This document shows positions 54,819 through 64,000 of a stretch of DNA of 64,000 bases, piece by piece; within the stretch, counting starts at the first letter, position 1, and each line of letters opens with the position of its first letter. Position numbers and translations under genes: made by a program. The notes under the pieces were generated by a model. That model had not been told where the DNA came from, did not search any database, and saw only the letters and a program-made list of their open reading frames with translations. This DNA is from Rhodospirillales bacterium. GTDB lineage: Bacteria; Pseudomonadota; Alphaproteobacteria; ATCC43930; CGMCC-115725. Where the stretch lies: contig CANJCB010000010.1 in NCBI GenBank assembly GCA_947473305.1, positions 25,967-89,966 of the forward strand, given 5' to 3'.

Positions 54819-55289
54819 ATGGCCCCGCGCGCGACCGACCGCTTCGCGGCGCAGAACAGGCGCGCGCGGCATGACTACAGCATCGAAGAGACCATGGAAG
54901 CCGGCATCGTGCTCCAGGGCAGCGAAGTCAAGGTGCTGCGCCAGGGGCTTGCCAGCATCAATGAGTCCTATGCGACGGACCAGGACGGGGAGCTCTTCCT
55001 GGTCAATGCCCATTTCCCCGAATACAAATCCGCCACCCGCTACAATCACGAGCCGAAGCGGGCGCGAAAACTGCTGCTTCACAAGAAGCAGATCAGCAAG
55101 CTCCTCGGCGCGATCCGTCGGGAAGGCATCACGCTGGTTCCCTTGTCGATCTATTTCAACGACAAGGGGCGCGCGAAGATCGAGCTTGGCCTCGCCAAAG
55201 GCAAGCGCAAGGCCGACAAGCGGGAGTCGGAAAAGGCGCGGGATTGGCAGCGCGAAAAGGGCCGCCTCATGAGAGGGAAGGACCTCTAA
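54819..55289 (+). CDS. smpB: SsrA-binding protein
   Basis: 156 aa. [22 protein letters not shown] and a basic C-terminal tail. Confidence 0.95.
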   Translation: MAPRATDRFAAQNRRARHDYSIEETMEAGIVLQGSEVKVLRQGLASINESYATDQDGELFLVNAHFPEYKSATRYNHEPKRARKLLLHKKQISKLLGAIRREGITLVPLSIYFNDKGRAKIELGLAKGKRKADKRESEKARDWQREKGRLMRGKDL

Positions 55290-55918
55290 CGGTCCAGTCG
55301 GCGGCGCAATTCGGCGAAAACCGCCTCGAACATCTCAACCGTCAGCCGCCCTGTATTCGTGTTGTAGCGCGAGCAATGATAGCTGTCGGCCAGCAGCATG
55401 CCGCCCGGCAGCTCGTGCATCGCGCCATGAGCGAAGCGATAGGCCGCAATCCGCTGCCCCAAAGTACGCAGCGCCGATTCATGGGCGACCGACCCCAGGG
55501 CCAGGATTGCGCGGACATTCTTGAGACTCGCGATTTCGTCCACCAGGAAGGGACGGCAGGCGGCGATCTCGGCGGGCAGCGGCTTGTTTTCCGGTGGCAC
55601 GCAACGCGCCGCATTGGTGATGCGGCAATCGATCAGGGTAAGTCCGTCTCCCGGATTACTCCCATATTCTCCCGTCGCGAACCCATATTTCGGGAGCGTC
55701 GCGAAGAGAAGGTCCCCGGCGTAATCCCCCGTAAAAGGTCGTCCCGTCCGATTGGCCCCCCGCAGTCCCGGCGCAAGCCCGACAATCAGCAGACGCCCCT
55801 CCGTCCCGCCAAAAGACGGGACGGGGGCATTGTGCCAATCGGGATGCTCGTTACGCTGCCGCTCGCGGAAGGCCTCTAGCCTGGGGCAAAGCGGGCAGTC
55901 GCGGGATGGCTCGATCAA
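55286..55918 (-). CDS. uracil-DNA glycosylase superfamily protein (family 4/5, UdgB-like)
   Basis: 210 aa. [26 protein letters not shown], and HCSRYN near the C-terminus. Confidence 0.8.
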   Translation of the reverse strand: MIEPSRDCPLCPRLEAFRERQRNEHPDWHNAPVPSFGGTEGRLLIVGLAPGLRGANRTGRPFTGDYAGDLLFATLPKYGFATGEYGSNPGDGLTLIDCRITNAARCVPPENKPLPAEIAACRPFLVDEIASLKNVRAILALGSVAHESALRTLGQRIAAYRFAHGAMHELPGGMLLADSYHCSRYNTNTGRLTVEMFEAVFAELRRRLDR

Positions 55919-56490
55919 GCGTCCTCGTAGAGCTGCGTGCCGGGCCGGGCGCCATCCTCCCGGTGATGGGCGCGCATGATGCTGGGCGCAAGATCCTGAA
56001 GCTCGACGAAAGTGTCGGCCTGCCGGCGCAGCTCGTCCGCGACCATGGGCGGGGAGGAGCGGGTGGTCGAAACGACGGTGACCCGCACGCCCTTGCGCTG
56101 CACGGCCTCGACCAGCCGCCGGAAGTCGCCGTCGCCGGAAAAGAGGACGATGTGGTCGAGGTGCGGCGACATCTCCATGACGTCGATGGCAAGCTCGATG
56201 TCCATATTGCCCTTGATCTTACGGCGGCCCGTGGCGTCGGTGTATTCCTTGGTCGGTTTGGTGACCATGGTGAAACCGTTGTAGTCGAGCCAGTCGACGA
56301 GGGGACGTATGGGCGAGTATTCCTGGTCCTCGATCAGCGCCGTGTAATAGAAGGAACGGATGAGCCGGCCCTTGGATCCGAAGAGATCGAGCAGACGCTT
56401 ATAGTCGATGTCGAAACCCAAAGCGCGCGCCGCTGCGTATAGATTGGCGCCGTCAATGAACAAACCAATGCGTTCTTGTGGATAAAACAT
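55915..56490 (-). CDS. NYN (LabA/DUF88) domain protein
   Basis: ORF 55915..56538, start moved to ATG 56490 (MFYPQERIGLFIDGANLY). FSGDGDF motif. 4-nt overlap with the UDG gene. Confidence 0.8.
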   Translation of the reverse strand: MFYPQERIGLFIDGANLYAAARALGFDIDYKRLLDLFGSKGRLIRSFYYTALIEDQEYSPIRPLVDWLDYNGFTMVTKPTKEYTDATGRRKIKGNMDIELAIDVMEMSPHLDHIVLFSGDGDFRRLVEAVQRKGVRVTVVSTTRSSPPMVADELRRQADTFVELQDLAPSIMRAHHREDGARPGTQLYEDA

Positions 56491-56634
56491 AACCAATATG
56501 ACTCCTCGGCCGAAACGGCATAAAAAATTCCAAATCAATAAGTCACATTTGCGACGAACAAGCTTTCCCCGTCAAGGGAGTCGATGCCGCCTTTTCTGTT
56601 CTTCATATCACTGTCTGCAAGATGGACACCGAAG

Positions 56635-57126
56635 ATGATTTTAATAGCTCTCGGCGGAAACTTGGTCAGTGCTCAAGGAGACCCTCCGCGCGCCACTCTC
56701 TACCTTGCGTTGACAGCTCTGCGGGATGCCGGAGTAACGGTGCTTGACCGGTCCCGCTGGTTCGAGACCCGGCCTGTGCCGGTTTCCGATCAACCGAATT
56801 TCATCAATGCGGCGGCCTCGCTTGCGACCTCCCTGTCCCCGAAAGCTCTGCTCGAAACCCTGCACGACATCGAAGCCCGCTTCGGCCGCCTGAGGGGTGA
56901 ACGCAACGCCGCCCGGCCGCTCGACTTGGATCTCCTGGCCTATCACGAGGTTCTGAGCGAGGCCGCGCCGATCTTGCCCCACCCCAGGCTGCACGAAAGG
57001 GCCTTTGTCCTGTTTCCGTTGCGAGACGTGGCCCCCGACTGGCGCCACCCGCGCTTGCAAAAATCGGTTTCGGAGATGATCGCGGCCTTGCCGCCCGGCC
57101 AGGACGTCCACCCTCTAGGCGATTAA
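56635..57126 (+). CDS. folK: 2-amino-4-hydroxy-6-hydroxymethyldihydropteridine diphosphokinase
   Basis: ORF 56584..57126, start moved to ATG 56635 (MILIALGGNL). RPLDLDLL and PHPRLHERAFVL motifs. Confidence 0.9.
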   Translation: MILIALGGNLVSAQGDPPRATLYLALTALRDAGVTVLDRSRWFETRPVPVSDQPNFINAAASLATSLSPKALLETLHDIEARFGRLRGERNAARPLDLDLLAYHEVLSEAAPILPHPRLHERAFVLFPLRDVAPDWRHPRLQKSVSEMIAALPPGQDVHPLGD

Positions 57127-57244
57127 ACCCCGGAACTGCGACGAATTTGCCCGGAATCCCCTGCTTTCCGGCCGAATCGGGAGTTGCGGCAAGGCTCCTC
57201 TGCGCCTATATTCACTGACTCTCATATGACCGGAGACTTGCTGG

Positions 57245-57700
57245 ATGGCGCGCGTAACCGTCGAAGATTGCGTTTTGAAGATCCCGAACCGGTTCGAATT
57301 GGTTCTGCTCGCCGCGCAGCGGGCGCGCGATATCGCTTCTGGCAATGCGGCCACGCTCGACCGCGACAACGACAAGAACCCTGTCGTGGCCCTGCGTGAG
57401 ATCGCTGCCGAGTCCATCAGCCTCGACCAGGTACAGAACGCGCTCATCAAGGGCATGCAGAAGCATGTCGAGATCGACGAGCCCGAAGAAGACCGCGAGC
57501 TGGAAGTGGGCGAGCGGATCTGGCCCTCGGATGTCGGCGGATCGGTCCGCACGTCCTCCGACGATTTGGGCGAAGACGAGCCCGCCGCTGGCGAGGAAAT
57601 GCAGGAAGACATGCTGCATGTCGCCGAAGAAGAGATCGAACTCGGCGAAGACGGCGACCTTGCGGTCGGCGCCGACGAGGAACCTCAGGAAGAGCGCTGA
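57245..57700 (+). CDS. rpoZ: DNA-directed RNA polymerase subunit omega (with long acidic C-terminal extension)
   Basis: [30 protein letters not shown], followed by an acidic tail. Confidence 0.95.
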   Translation: MARVTVEDCVLKIPNRFELVLLAAQRARDIASGNAATLDRDNDKNPVVALREIAAESISLDQVQNALIKGMQKHVEIDEPEEDRELEVGERIWPSDVGGSVRTSSDDLGEDEPAAGEEMQEDMLHVAEEEIELGEDGDLAVGADEEPQEER

Positions 57701-57782
57701 GGTCAATGGCGGGCGGCTGTTTCTCGATCCAGTCAGCCGCCGCCCGCAAGCTTGATCTGAAGCTGCGGCGGAGCGATCCGCC

Positions 57783-59921
57783 ATGATGCGGCAATTCGAA
57801 TTGGTCGAGCGGGTCAAATCCTATGACTCCTCCGCCGATGAAAGCGCCCTGAACCGCGCCTATGTCTTCTCCATGAAGGCGCATGGCACCCAGAAGCGCG
57901 CTTCCGGCGATCCTTATTTCTCGCATCCCGTGGAAGTGGCCGGCATCCTTGCCGAGATGAAGCTCGACACGGCGTCGATTGTCACGGGCCTGCTTCACGA
58001 TACGGTCGAAGATACAGTCGCAACCCTCGACGATATCGAGAAGATGTTTGGCCCGGACATCGCGAAGCTGGTCGATGGCGTGACCAAGCTCTCGCGGTTG
58101 GAACTCCAATCCGACCAGACCAAGCAGGCGGAGAACTTCCGTAAGCTGGTGCTGGCGATGTCCCAGGACATCCGCGTGCTGCTGGTGAAGCTGGCGGACC
58201 GGCTCCACAACATGAAAACCCTCCATTACATCCAGGATGCCGGCAAACGTCGCCGCATCGCCCGGGAAACGATGGAGATCTACGCGCCCTTGTCCGAGCG
58301 TCTGGGCATGCGCGAGATGCAGGACGAACTCGAAGACCTCGCCTTTGCCGAGCTTCATCCGGAAGCGCGAGAGAGCATCAACACACGCCTCGCCTTCCTG
58401 CGGGAGAAGGGCGGCAACCTGGTCGACCGGGTGCTCGATGAGCTTAATGCGACCCTGACCGAGGGCGGCGTCACGGCGGCGATCTCGGGCCGGGAGAAAA
58501 GCCCTTATTCCATCTGGCACAAGATGGAACGCAAGAACGTCGGCTTCGAACAGCTTTCCGACATCATGGCGTTCCGGATCGTGGTGGAAAATATCGGCGA
58601 GTGCTATCACGCCCTGGGCGTCATCCACAGCCGCTATCCGGTCGTGCCGGGCCGCTTCAAGGATTACATTTCGACGCCGAAGCCCAATGGCTATCAGTCG
58701 CTTCATACCGCTGTGATCGGACCCGAGCGCCAGCGCATCGAGGTGCAGATCCGCACCAAGGAAATGCATGAGGTCGCGGAATTGGGCGTCGCCGCCCATT
58801 GGACCTATAAGCAGGATTCAGCCCGCACGGAAGGCACCCAATACCGCTGGCTGCGCGAGCTTCTCGACATCCTGGAGCATGCCTCGGGGCCTGAGGAGTT
58901 CCTTGAGCACACCAAGCTCGAGATGTTCCAGGATCAGGTTTTCTGCTTCACGCCCAAGGGCGATCTGATCGCCCTGCCCCGGGGCGCCACGCCCATCGAC
59001 TTTGCCTATGCGGTCCATTCCCAGATCGGCGATACCTGCGTCGGCGCCAAGATCAACGGGCGACTGGCGCCCTTGCGCACGGTGCTCGCCAATGGCGACC
59101 AGGTCGATATCGTCACCTCCAAGGCGCAGACGCCGTCGCCCACCTGGGAGCGGTTTGCCGTCACCGGCAAGGCGAGGGCGCGCATCCGGCGTTTCGTCAG
59201 GACCCAACAGCGCCAGCAATACGGTGACCTGGGCAAGGCGATCCTGCAGAAGGCCTTTCGCCACGACGGCCACGATTTTTCCGAAGCATCCCTCAGCCCC
59301 GTCCTGCGGCAGTTCGATTGCGACGAGGCCGAGGATCTCTATGTGGCCGTGGGCGAAGGCCATTATACCGGCCGCGAAGTCGTCCATGCGCTCTTCCCCC
59401 ACAAGATCGAGACGCGCAGCGCCAAGGTCGTGCCGCTCACCCAGGCGCGCAGCCGGAAGGCCCAGGACAATGCGGTTCCGATCCGCGGCCTCATCCCGGG
59501 CATGGCGGTTCATTTCGCCGGCTGCTGCCATCCGCTGCCGGGCGACCGGATCGTCGGCATCGTGACGACCGGGAAGGGCGTCACGGTCCATACGATCGAC
59601 TGCGAAACCCTGGAGAATTACGGCGATTCGCCGGAGCGCTGGCTCGACGTGTCCTGGAACAGCGCCGGCGACGGCGAGGCGAGCCATACCGGCCGCATCC
59701 ATGTGACTATCGGCAACGAACCGGGGTCGCTCGGCAGCCTGACAACCGTCATCGGCAAGAGCGGCGGGAATATCTCGAACCTCAAGATCACGAACCGTTC
59801 GGCCGACTTCTTCGAGATCCTCGTCGATATCGAGGTCGAAGACGTGAAACATCTTACCAATATCATCGCCGCCTTGCGCGCGACGCCGGTCATCAATTCG
59901 GTCGACCGGGCGCGCGGATAG
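57783..59921 (+). CDS. rsh: bifunctional (p)ppGpp synthetase/hydrolase (RelA/SpoT homolog)
   Basis: 712 aa. HD hydrolase region ([17 protein letters not shown]), synthetase region (YQSLHT), and TGS and ACT-like C-terminal domains. Confidence 0.95.
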   Translation: MMRQFELVERVKSYDSSADESALNRAYVFSMKAHGTQKRASGDPYFSHPVEVAGILAEMKLDTASIVTGLLHDTVEDTVATLDDIEKMFGPDIAKLVDGVTKLSRLELQSDQTKQAENFRKLVLAMSQDIRVLLVKLADRLHNMKTLHYIQDAGKRRRIARETMEIYAPLSERLGMREMQDELEDLAFAELHPEARESINTRLAFLREKGGNLVDRVLDELNATLTEGGVTAAISGREKSPYSIWHKMERKNVGFEQLSDIMAFRIVVENIGECYHALGVIHSRYPVVPGRFKDYISTPKPNGYQSLHTAVIGPERQRIEVQIRTKEMHEVAELGVAAHWTYKQDSARTEGTQYRWLRELLDILEHASGPEEFLEHTKLEMFQDQVFCFTPKGDLIALPRGATPIDFAYAVHSQIGDTCVGAKINGRLAPLRTVLANGDQVDIVTSKAQTPSPTWERFAVTGKARARIRRFVRTQQRQQYGDLGKAILQKAFRHDGHDFSEASLSPVLRQFDCDEAEDLYVAVGEGHYTGREVVHALFPHKIETRSAKVVPLTQARSRKAQDNAVPIRGLIPGMAVHFAGCCHPLPGDRIVGIVTTGKGVTVHTIDCETLENYGDSPERWLDVSWNSAGDGEASHTGRIHVTIGNEPGSLGSLTTVIGKSGGNISNLKITNRSADFFEILVDIEVEDVKHLTNIIAALRATPVINSVDRARG

Positions 59922-59937
59922 AAGGAAGCCCCGAAAG

Positions 59938-60702
59938 ATGGCTCATACCGGACGCAGCCTCCGTCTCGGCGTCAATATCGACCATGTGGCGACCATCCGG
60001 AACGCGCGCGGTGGCCGGCATCCGGACCCTGTCCGTGCGGCCCGGCTCGCGGCGCAGGCCGGAGCGGACGGGATCACAGCTCATCTGCGCGAGGACCGCC
60101 GGCATATTTCCGACGAGGATATCAGGCGCCTTTCGACGGAGATCGACCTGCCGCTGAACCTCGAAATGGCGGCGACGGCCGAGATGCTGGCCGTCGCGCT
60201 GCGGCACAAGCCTCACGCCGCCTGCCTCGTTCCGGAAAAGCGCGCCGAGGTGACGACCGAAGGCGGGCTCGACGTGATCGGCGGGGAAAGTCATCTCCAG
60301 CCCTTCGTGACACGCTTGAATGACGCCGGCATCCGGGTCTCGCTTTTTATCGATCCGGACCTGGGGCAACTCGATGCAGCCGTCCGCATCGGCGCGCCCG
60401 TCGTGGAACTCCATACCGGCTCCTATTGCGAGGCCGAAGGCCGCAAGCGCGACACGGAACTGCGGCGCCTCGTCGAAGCCGCGGCCCATGCGGAGGCCCT
60501 GGGCCTCGAATGCCATGCGGGCCATGGCTTGAGCTATGAGACCGTGGCTCCGGTCGCGGCGATCCCGACAATCTTGGAACTCAACATCGGGCATTTCCTT
60601 GTCGGCGAGGCGATCTTCAGCGGGCTCGACAGCGCGATTAAGCGGATGCGGGCGCTGATGGACAAGGCGCGCGCGGAAAGCCACGGCGAGAAGAGCGCCT
60701 GA
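59938..60702 (+). CDS. pdxJ: pyridoxine 5'-phosphate synthase
   Basis: 254 aa. [34 protein letters not shown]. Confidence 0.95.
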   Translation: MAHTGRSLRLGVNIDHVATIRNARGGRHPDPVRAARLAAQAGADGITAHLREDRRHISDEDIRRLSTEIDLPLNLEMAATAEMLAVALRHKPHAACLVPEKRAEVTTEGGLDVIGGESHLQPFVTRLNDAGIRVSLFIDPDLGQLDAAVRIGAPVVELHTGSYCEAEGRKRDTELRRLVEAAAHAEALGLECHAGHGLSYETVAPVAAIPTILELNIGHFLVGEAIFSGLDSAIKRMRALMDKARAESHGEKSA

Positions 60703-60709
60703 GCCGTCC

Positions 60710-61108
60710 ATGATCCTCGGCATCGGCAGCGATCTCATCGACATCACGCGCATCGAGAAGACCATCGCGCGCTTCGGCGACAAGTTTCTCGACCGGGTCT
60801 TCACGCCTGTGGAGCGGGCGAAGTCGGACCGTCGAGCCAACCGGGCAGCGAGTTACGCCAAGCGTTACGCCGCGAAGGAGGCCTGCTCCAAGGCTCTGGG
60901 CACGGGGTTCCGCAGGGGCGTCTTCTGGCGGGATCTGGGCGTGACCAATCTCGCCACGGGTCAACCCACTCTGACCCTTACCAACGGGGCGCTGGAACGC
61001 CTCAAAGCCATCACACCTGCCGGTATGAAGGCCGAAATCCACCTCACTTTGACGGATGAGCCTCCCATGGCGCAGGCCTTCGTCATCATTATGGCGGTTC
61101 CCGCTTAG
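60710..61108 (+). CDS. acpS: holo-[acyl-carrier-protein] synthase
   Basis: 132 aa. [21 protein letters not shown]-type [11 protein letters not shown]. Confidence 0.9.
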   Translation: MILGIGSDLIDITRIEKTIARFGDKFLDRVFTPVERAKSDRRANRAASYAKRYAAKEACSKALGTGFRRGVFWRDLGVTNLATGQPTLTLTNGALERLKAITPAGMKAEIHLTLTDEPPMAQAFVIIMAVPA

Positions 61109-61195
61109 CAGTTTCCTTGACTTCCCCCTGGCGCCTTGGCTTGATCCTGCCGCCTTGTCGCGCCAGTCCCGCTCGCGCCTCCCCAAGACGGATGG

Positions 61196-61918
61196 ATGAT
61201 GAAAGCGAAATCGCCCAACAGCACGACCGAACTGATCAAGACGGTCGTCTACGCTGTGCTCATCGCGGTACTGGTCCGCACCTTTGCCTATGAGCCCTTC
61301 AATATTCCTTCGGGATCGATGAAGCCGACGCTCTTGATCGGCGATTATCTCTTCGTCTCGAAATTCTCCTATGGCTACAGCCGCTATTCCCTGCCGTTCG
61401 GTCTGCCGCTGTTCAAAGGCCGGATCTGGTCTGGGCAGCCCGAGCGGGGCGATGTCGCTGTCTTCAAGTATCCGGTCGACAATTCGACCGATTTCATCAA
61501 GCGGATCGTCGGGCTGCCGGGCGACCGGATCCAGGTGAAGGCGGGCGTGCTCTATGTCAACGAAGCGCCCGTGAAGCTCCAGCCTATCGGAAATTTCACG
61601 GATTCCGACGGGACCACGCCGATCCTGACCGAGACGCTGCCCAATGGGGTGGTTCACAACATCCTGGAACTCACCACGACCCAGCCCGTCGACAACACCG
61701 GCGTCTTCGTGGTGCCGGCCGGCCATTACTTCGGGATGGGAGATAACCGGGATCGCTCCGACGACAGCCGGCTTTCGGTCGGCTATATCCCGGCCGAGAA
61801 TCTGATCGGAAGGGCCGAATTCCTCTTCTTCTCGACGGAGGGGAACTATCCCTGGTGGCAGTTCTGGATGTGGCCTTTCGAGATCCGCTACAGCCGCCTG
61901 ATGCGAGGTATCCACTAG
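61196..61918 (+). CDS. lepB: signal peptidase I
   Basis: 240 aa. IPSGSMKPTL (catalytic Ser), KRIVGLPGD (Lys), GDNRDRSDDSR. Confidence 0.95.
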   Translation: MMKAKSPNSTTELIKTVVYAVLIAVLVRTFAYEPFNIPSGSMKPTLLIGDYLFVSKFSYGYSRYSLPFGLPLFKGRIWSGQPERGDVAVFKYPVDNSTDFIKRIVGLPGDRIQVKAGVLYVNEAPVKLQPIGNFTDSDGTTPILTETLPNGVVHNILELTTTQPVDNTGVFVVPAGHYFGMGDNRDRSDDSRLSVGYIPAENLIGRAEFLFFSTEGNYPWWQFWMWPFEIRYSRLMRGIH

Positions 61919-61919
61919 C

Positions 61920-62627
61920 ATGAGCGAGGGCCGAGGCGCGGCGCTCGAAGCCCTCGCCGACCGGCTAGGTCATCGGTTTTCGCGCTGGGAACTGCTGGAG
62001 GAATCGCTCACTCACCCGAGCGTCTCCGCCAAGAACCGGTCAGGGGGCGCGAACTACGAGCGGCTTGAATTTCTCGGCGATCGCGTCTTGGGACTGATCG
62101 TTGCCGAGATGTTGTGGCGCCGGTTTCCCAAGGAGACGGAAGGCCCGCTGACTCGCCGCCATGCCCAATTGGCCCGTCGCGAGACCTTGGCGGAGGTGGG
62201 CCGGGAACTCGATCTCGGCGGCTATATCATGCTCCAGGCGGGCGAGGAGGGCGAGGCCTTGCGGGCAAGTGCCGGCCTCAATGCCGACGCCTGCGAGGCG
62301 GTGATCGCGGCGCTCTATCTCGACGGCGGTCTCGATATCGCGCGCCGCTTCGTGGAACGGCATTGGGAAAAGCGGATCGAAGCGGCGACGCGCCCGCCCC
62401 GGGATCCCAAGACGGCGCTGCAGGAATGGGCGCAGGGGCGGGGACTGCCTTTGCCTTCCTATCAGACGATGTCCATGGACGGACCCGATCACCGGCGCAT
62501 CTTCACGGTGGAAGTGACGGTCGAGGGGCTCCCCCCTGCGAGCGGAAAAGGGTCCTCGAAACGGGGAGCCGAGACGGAGGCCGCGAGCCGGCTGCTCGAT
62601 GCGATCGCCACGGAAGGTGGAAAGTAA
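61920..62627 (+). CDS. rnc: ribonuclease III
   Basis: 235 aa. ERLEFLGDRVLGL signature and a C-terminal dsRBD (KTALQEW...GPDH...F). Confidence 0.95.
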   Translation: MSEGRGAALEALADRLGHRFSRWELLEESLTHPSVSAKNRSGGANYERLEFLGDRVLGLIVAEMLWRRFPKETEGPLTRRHAQLARRETLAEVGRELDLGGYIMLQAGEEGEALRASAGLNADACEAVIAALYLDGGLDIARRFVERHWEKRIEAATRPPRDPKTALQEWAQGRGLPLPSYQTMSMDGPDHRRIFTVEVTVEGLPPASGKGSSKRGAETEAASRLLDAIATEGGK

Positions 62628-63538
62628 TGGAAGAAACCCGTTGCGGTTATGTGGCCCTGGTCGGGGCGCCGAATGCCGGAAAATCGACCCTGATGAACCG
62701 GATCGTTGGGGCCAAGCTGTCGATTGTCTCGCCCAAGGTGCAGACGACGCGGAGCCGGGTCCTGGGCATTCTGATTGAAGGAATGTCCCAGATCATCTTC
62801 GTCGACACGCCCGGCATCTTCGAGCCGAAGAAGCGCCTGGAACGGGCCATGGTGGCCGCCGCCTGGGCCGGCGCGCAGGATGCGGACAAGGTCGTGCTCC
62901 TGGTCGATGCGGGGCGCCGAATCGATGAGGATACCCGGCGGATCATCGACGGATTGAAAGGGGCCCGGCGGCAGGCGGTTCTGGCACTGAACAAGATCGA
63001 CCTCGTGGATCCCAAGAAACTGCTCGGATTGACCGAGGAGCTATCCAAGGAAGGCATCTTCGAACGGGTCTTCATGATCTCGGGCCTGACCGGCAGTGGC
63101 GTGGACGACCTGAAGGATTATCTCGCCGTGGCGATGCCGGAAGGTCCCTGGCTCTTTCCGGAAGACCAGCTCACCGACATTCCCCAGCGGTTGCTCGCCT
63201 CGGAGGTAACGCGAGAACAGATGTTCCTGCAACTCCATGACGAGCTGCCCTATGCCTCGACGGTGGAGACCGAGGGCTGGGAAGAAAAGTCCGATGGCAG
63301 TGCTCGCATCACTCAGGTGATCTATGTCCGCCGCGACACCCAGAAAGCGATCGTGCTCGGCCACGGCGGCCAGCAGATCAAGAAGATCGGCGCCCGGGCG
63401 AGGCTGGAGTTGGAAAAACTCCTGGAGCGCCGCATCCATCTGTTCCTCTTCGTGAAAGTGCGCGAAGACTGGCCCGAGGATCGCGAGCGCTACGAGGCCA
63501 TGGGTCTGGAGTTCAATCCCAAAGACTCCGGGGTTTGA
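62627..63538 (+). CDS. era: GTPase Era
   Basis: ORF 62114..63538, start moved to the ATG overlapping the rnc stop (TAATG). G1 GAPNAGKST, G3 DTPG, G4 NKID, and a KH domain at the C-terminus. Confidence 0.95.
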   Translation: MEETRCGYVALVGAPNAGKSTLMNRIVGAKLSIVSPKVQTTRSRVLGILIEGMSQIIFVDTPGIFEPKKRLERAMVAAAWAGAQDADKVVLLVDAGRRIDEDTRRIIDGLKGARRQAVLALNKIDLVDPKKLLGLTEELSKEGIFERVFMISGLTGSGVDDLKDYLAVAMPEGPWLFPEDQLTDIPQRLLASEVTREQMFLQLHDELPYASTVETEGWEEKSDGSARITQVIYVRRDTQKAIVLGHGGQQIKKIGARARLELEKLLERRIHLFLFVKVREDWPEDRERYEAMGLEFNPKDSGV

Positions 63539-63550
63539 CAGGACCCGGCG

Positions 63551-64000
63551 GTGCAATGGAGCGATGATGCGATCGTCCTGGGCGTGCGCCGTCATGGCGA
63601 AGCCGGGCTCGTCGTCCAGCTTCTGACCCGCGATCACGGGCGTCACGCCGGCCTGGTGCGAGGCGGGCAGGGACGTCGCCTGCGCCCGATCTATCAGACC
63701 GGCAATCGCGTCATCGCGACCTGGAAGGCACGCTTGTCCGAGCATCTGGGATCTCTCACCGCCGAGCTTCTGCAAGGCCACGCGGCGCGCCTCATGGAGG
63801 ATCCGGGCCGCCTCGCGACCCTGGCTTCGGCAGCCGCCATGGCGGAGATGGCGGTCCCCGAACGCGAACCCCATGTGGGGCTCTTCGAGGATCTGGCAGC
63901 CTTGCTGGAAGCGCTGGACCGTGACGCGGGCTGGGCGGTTTCCTATGTGATGTGGGAAATGCGGCTCCTCACCGAACTGGGCTTCGGGCTCGATCTCTCG
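63551..64000 (+). CDS. recO: DNA repair protein RecO; 3' end runs off the window
   Basis: Not in the ORF track (open at the edge). A GTG at 63551 gives VQWSDDAIVLGVRRHGEAGLVVQLLTRDHGRHAGLVRGG..., a typical RecO N-terminus in the conserved position after era. Confidence 0.85.
   Translation, partial: MQWSDDAIVLGVRRHGEAGLVVQLLTRDHGRHAGLVRGGQGRRLRPIYQTGNRVIATWKARLSEHLGSLTAELLQGHAARLMEDPGRLATLASAAAMAEMAVPEREPHVGLFEDLAALLEALDRDAGWAVSYVMWEMRLLTELGFGLDLS

Noticed and set aside
54819-55289. Searched around smpB for an ssrA (tmRNA) gene, and throughout the window for tRNA or rRNA genes
   Set aside because: No cloverleaf-like or tRNA-like acceptor/T-arm sequences were seen in any intergenic region. 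All spacers over 150 bp were read and none looks like a structured RNA gene.
56477-56485. Perfect DnaA box TTATCCACA at the start of the NYN gene
   Set aside because: It encodes F-Y-P-Q of the conserved N-terminus (atg ttt tat cca caa) and is isolated. It is most likely coincidental, and it tempers the significance of the perfect box at 42229.
57245-57700. Unusually long acidic C-terminal tail of RpoZ
   Set aside because: My recollection is that extended acidic omega-subunit tails are common in alphaproteobacteria, so I do not treat this as novel.
1-64000. Searched for CRISPR arrays, toxin-antitoxin pairs, restriction-modification or other defence systems, prophage or IS elements
   Set aside because: There are no regularly spaced direct repeats and no nuclease/helicase/ATPase defence-type genes. 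There are no small overlapping two-gene modules with TA features and no transposase or integrase. The window appears devoid of such systems.

Overview
High-GC alphaproteobacterial-type chromosomal segment, assigned by gene content and synteny only. I support 58 protein-coding genes. I see no rRNA, tRNA, CRISPR array, transposase, integrase or phage gene.

The window has two parts. (1) About 1-46.7 kb is an accessory-looking catabolic and transport region. It is rich in Fe(II)/2-oxoglutarate oxygenases, flavin and TPP enzymes, hydrolases, a TRAP transporter and two tandem MFS pumps. It also holds four paralogous family-5 (DppA/OppA-type) periplasmic solute-binding proteins with no ABC permease or ATPase gene anywhere in the window. 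(2) About 46.8-64 kb is ordinary core housekeeping DNA: M23 peptidase-bactofilin, ilvD, threonine dehydratase, slt, dapA, smpB, UDG, NYN, folK, rpoZ, rsh, pdxJ, acpS, lepB, rnc, era, recO.

Most interesting items:
- An orphan methylaspartate-ammonia-lyase homolog in a DUF427 / SBP / FMN-oxidase / methyltransferase cluster. It has apparent substitutions at amine-pocket positions.
- The orphan SBP expansion next to oxygenases.
- A regulator-free operon: SBP, 2OG oxygenase, luciferase-like oxidoreductase, TPP decarboxylase-like enzyme, isochorismatase.
- A 350-bp AT-rich convergent spacer carrying clustered DnaA-box-like motifs.
- A solitary form-II CoxL-like molybdoenzyme subunit.
- REP-like palindromic repeats after ilvD.

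All functional calls come from motif and family recognition by eye, with no database search. CDS coordinates come from the ORF track, with starts adjusted by residue counting. Coordinates of small motifs were read from the sequence lines and may be off by 1-2 nt. Many long ORFs in the track are antisense or out-of-frame shadows typical of high-GC DNA and were rejected.
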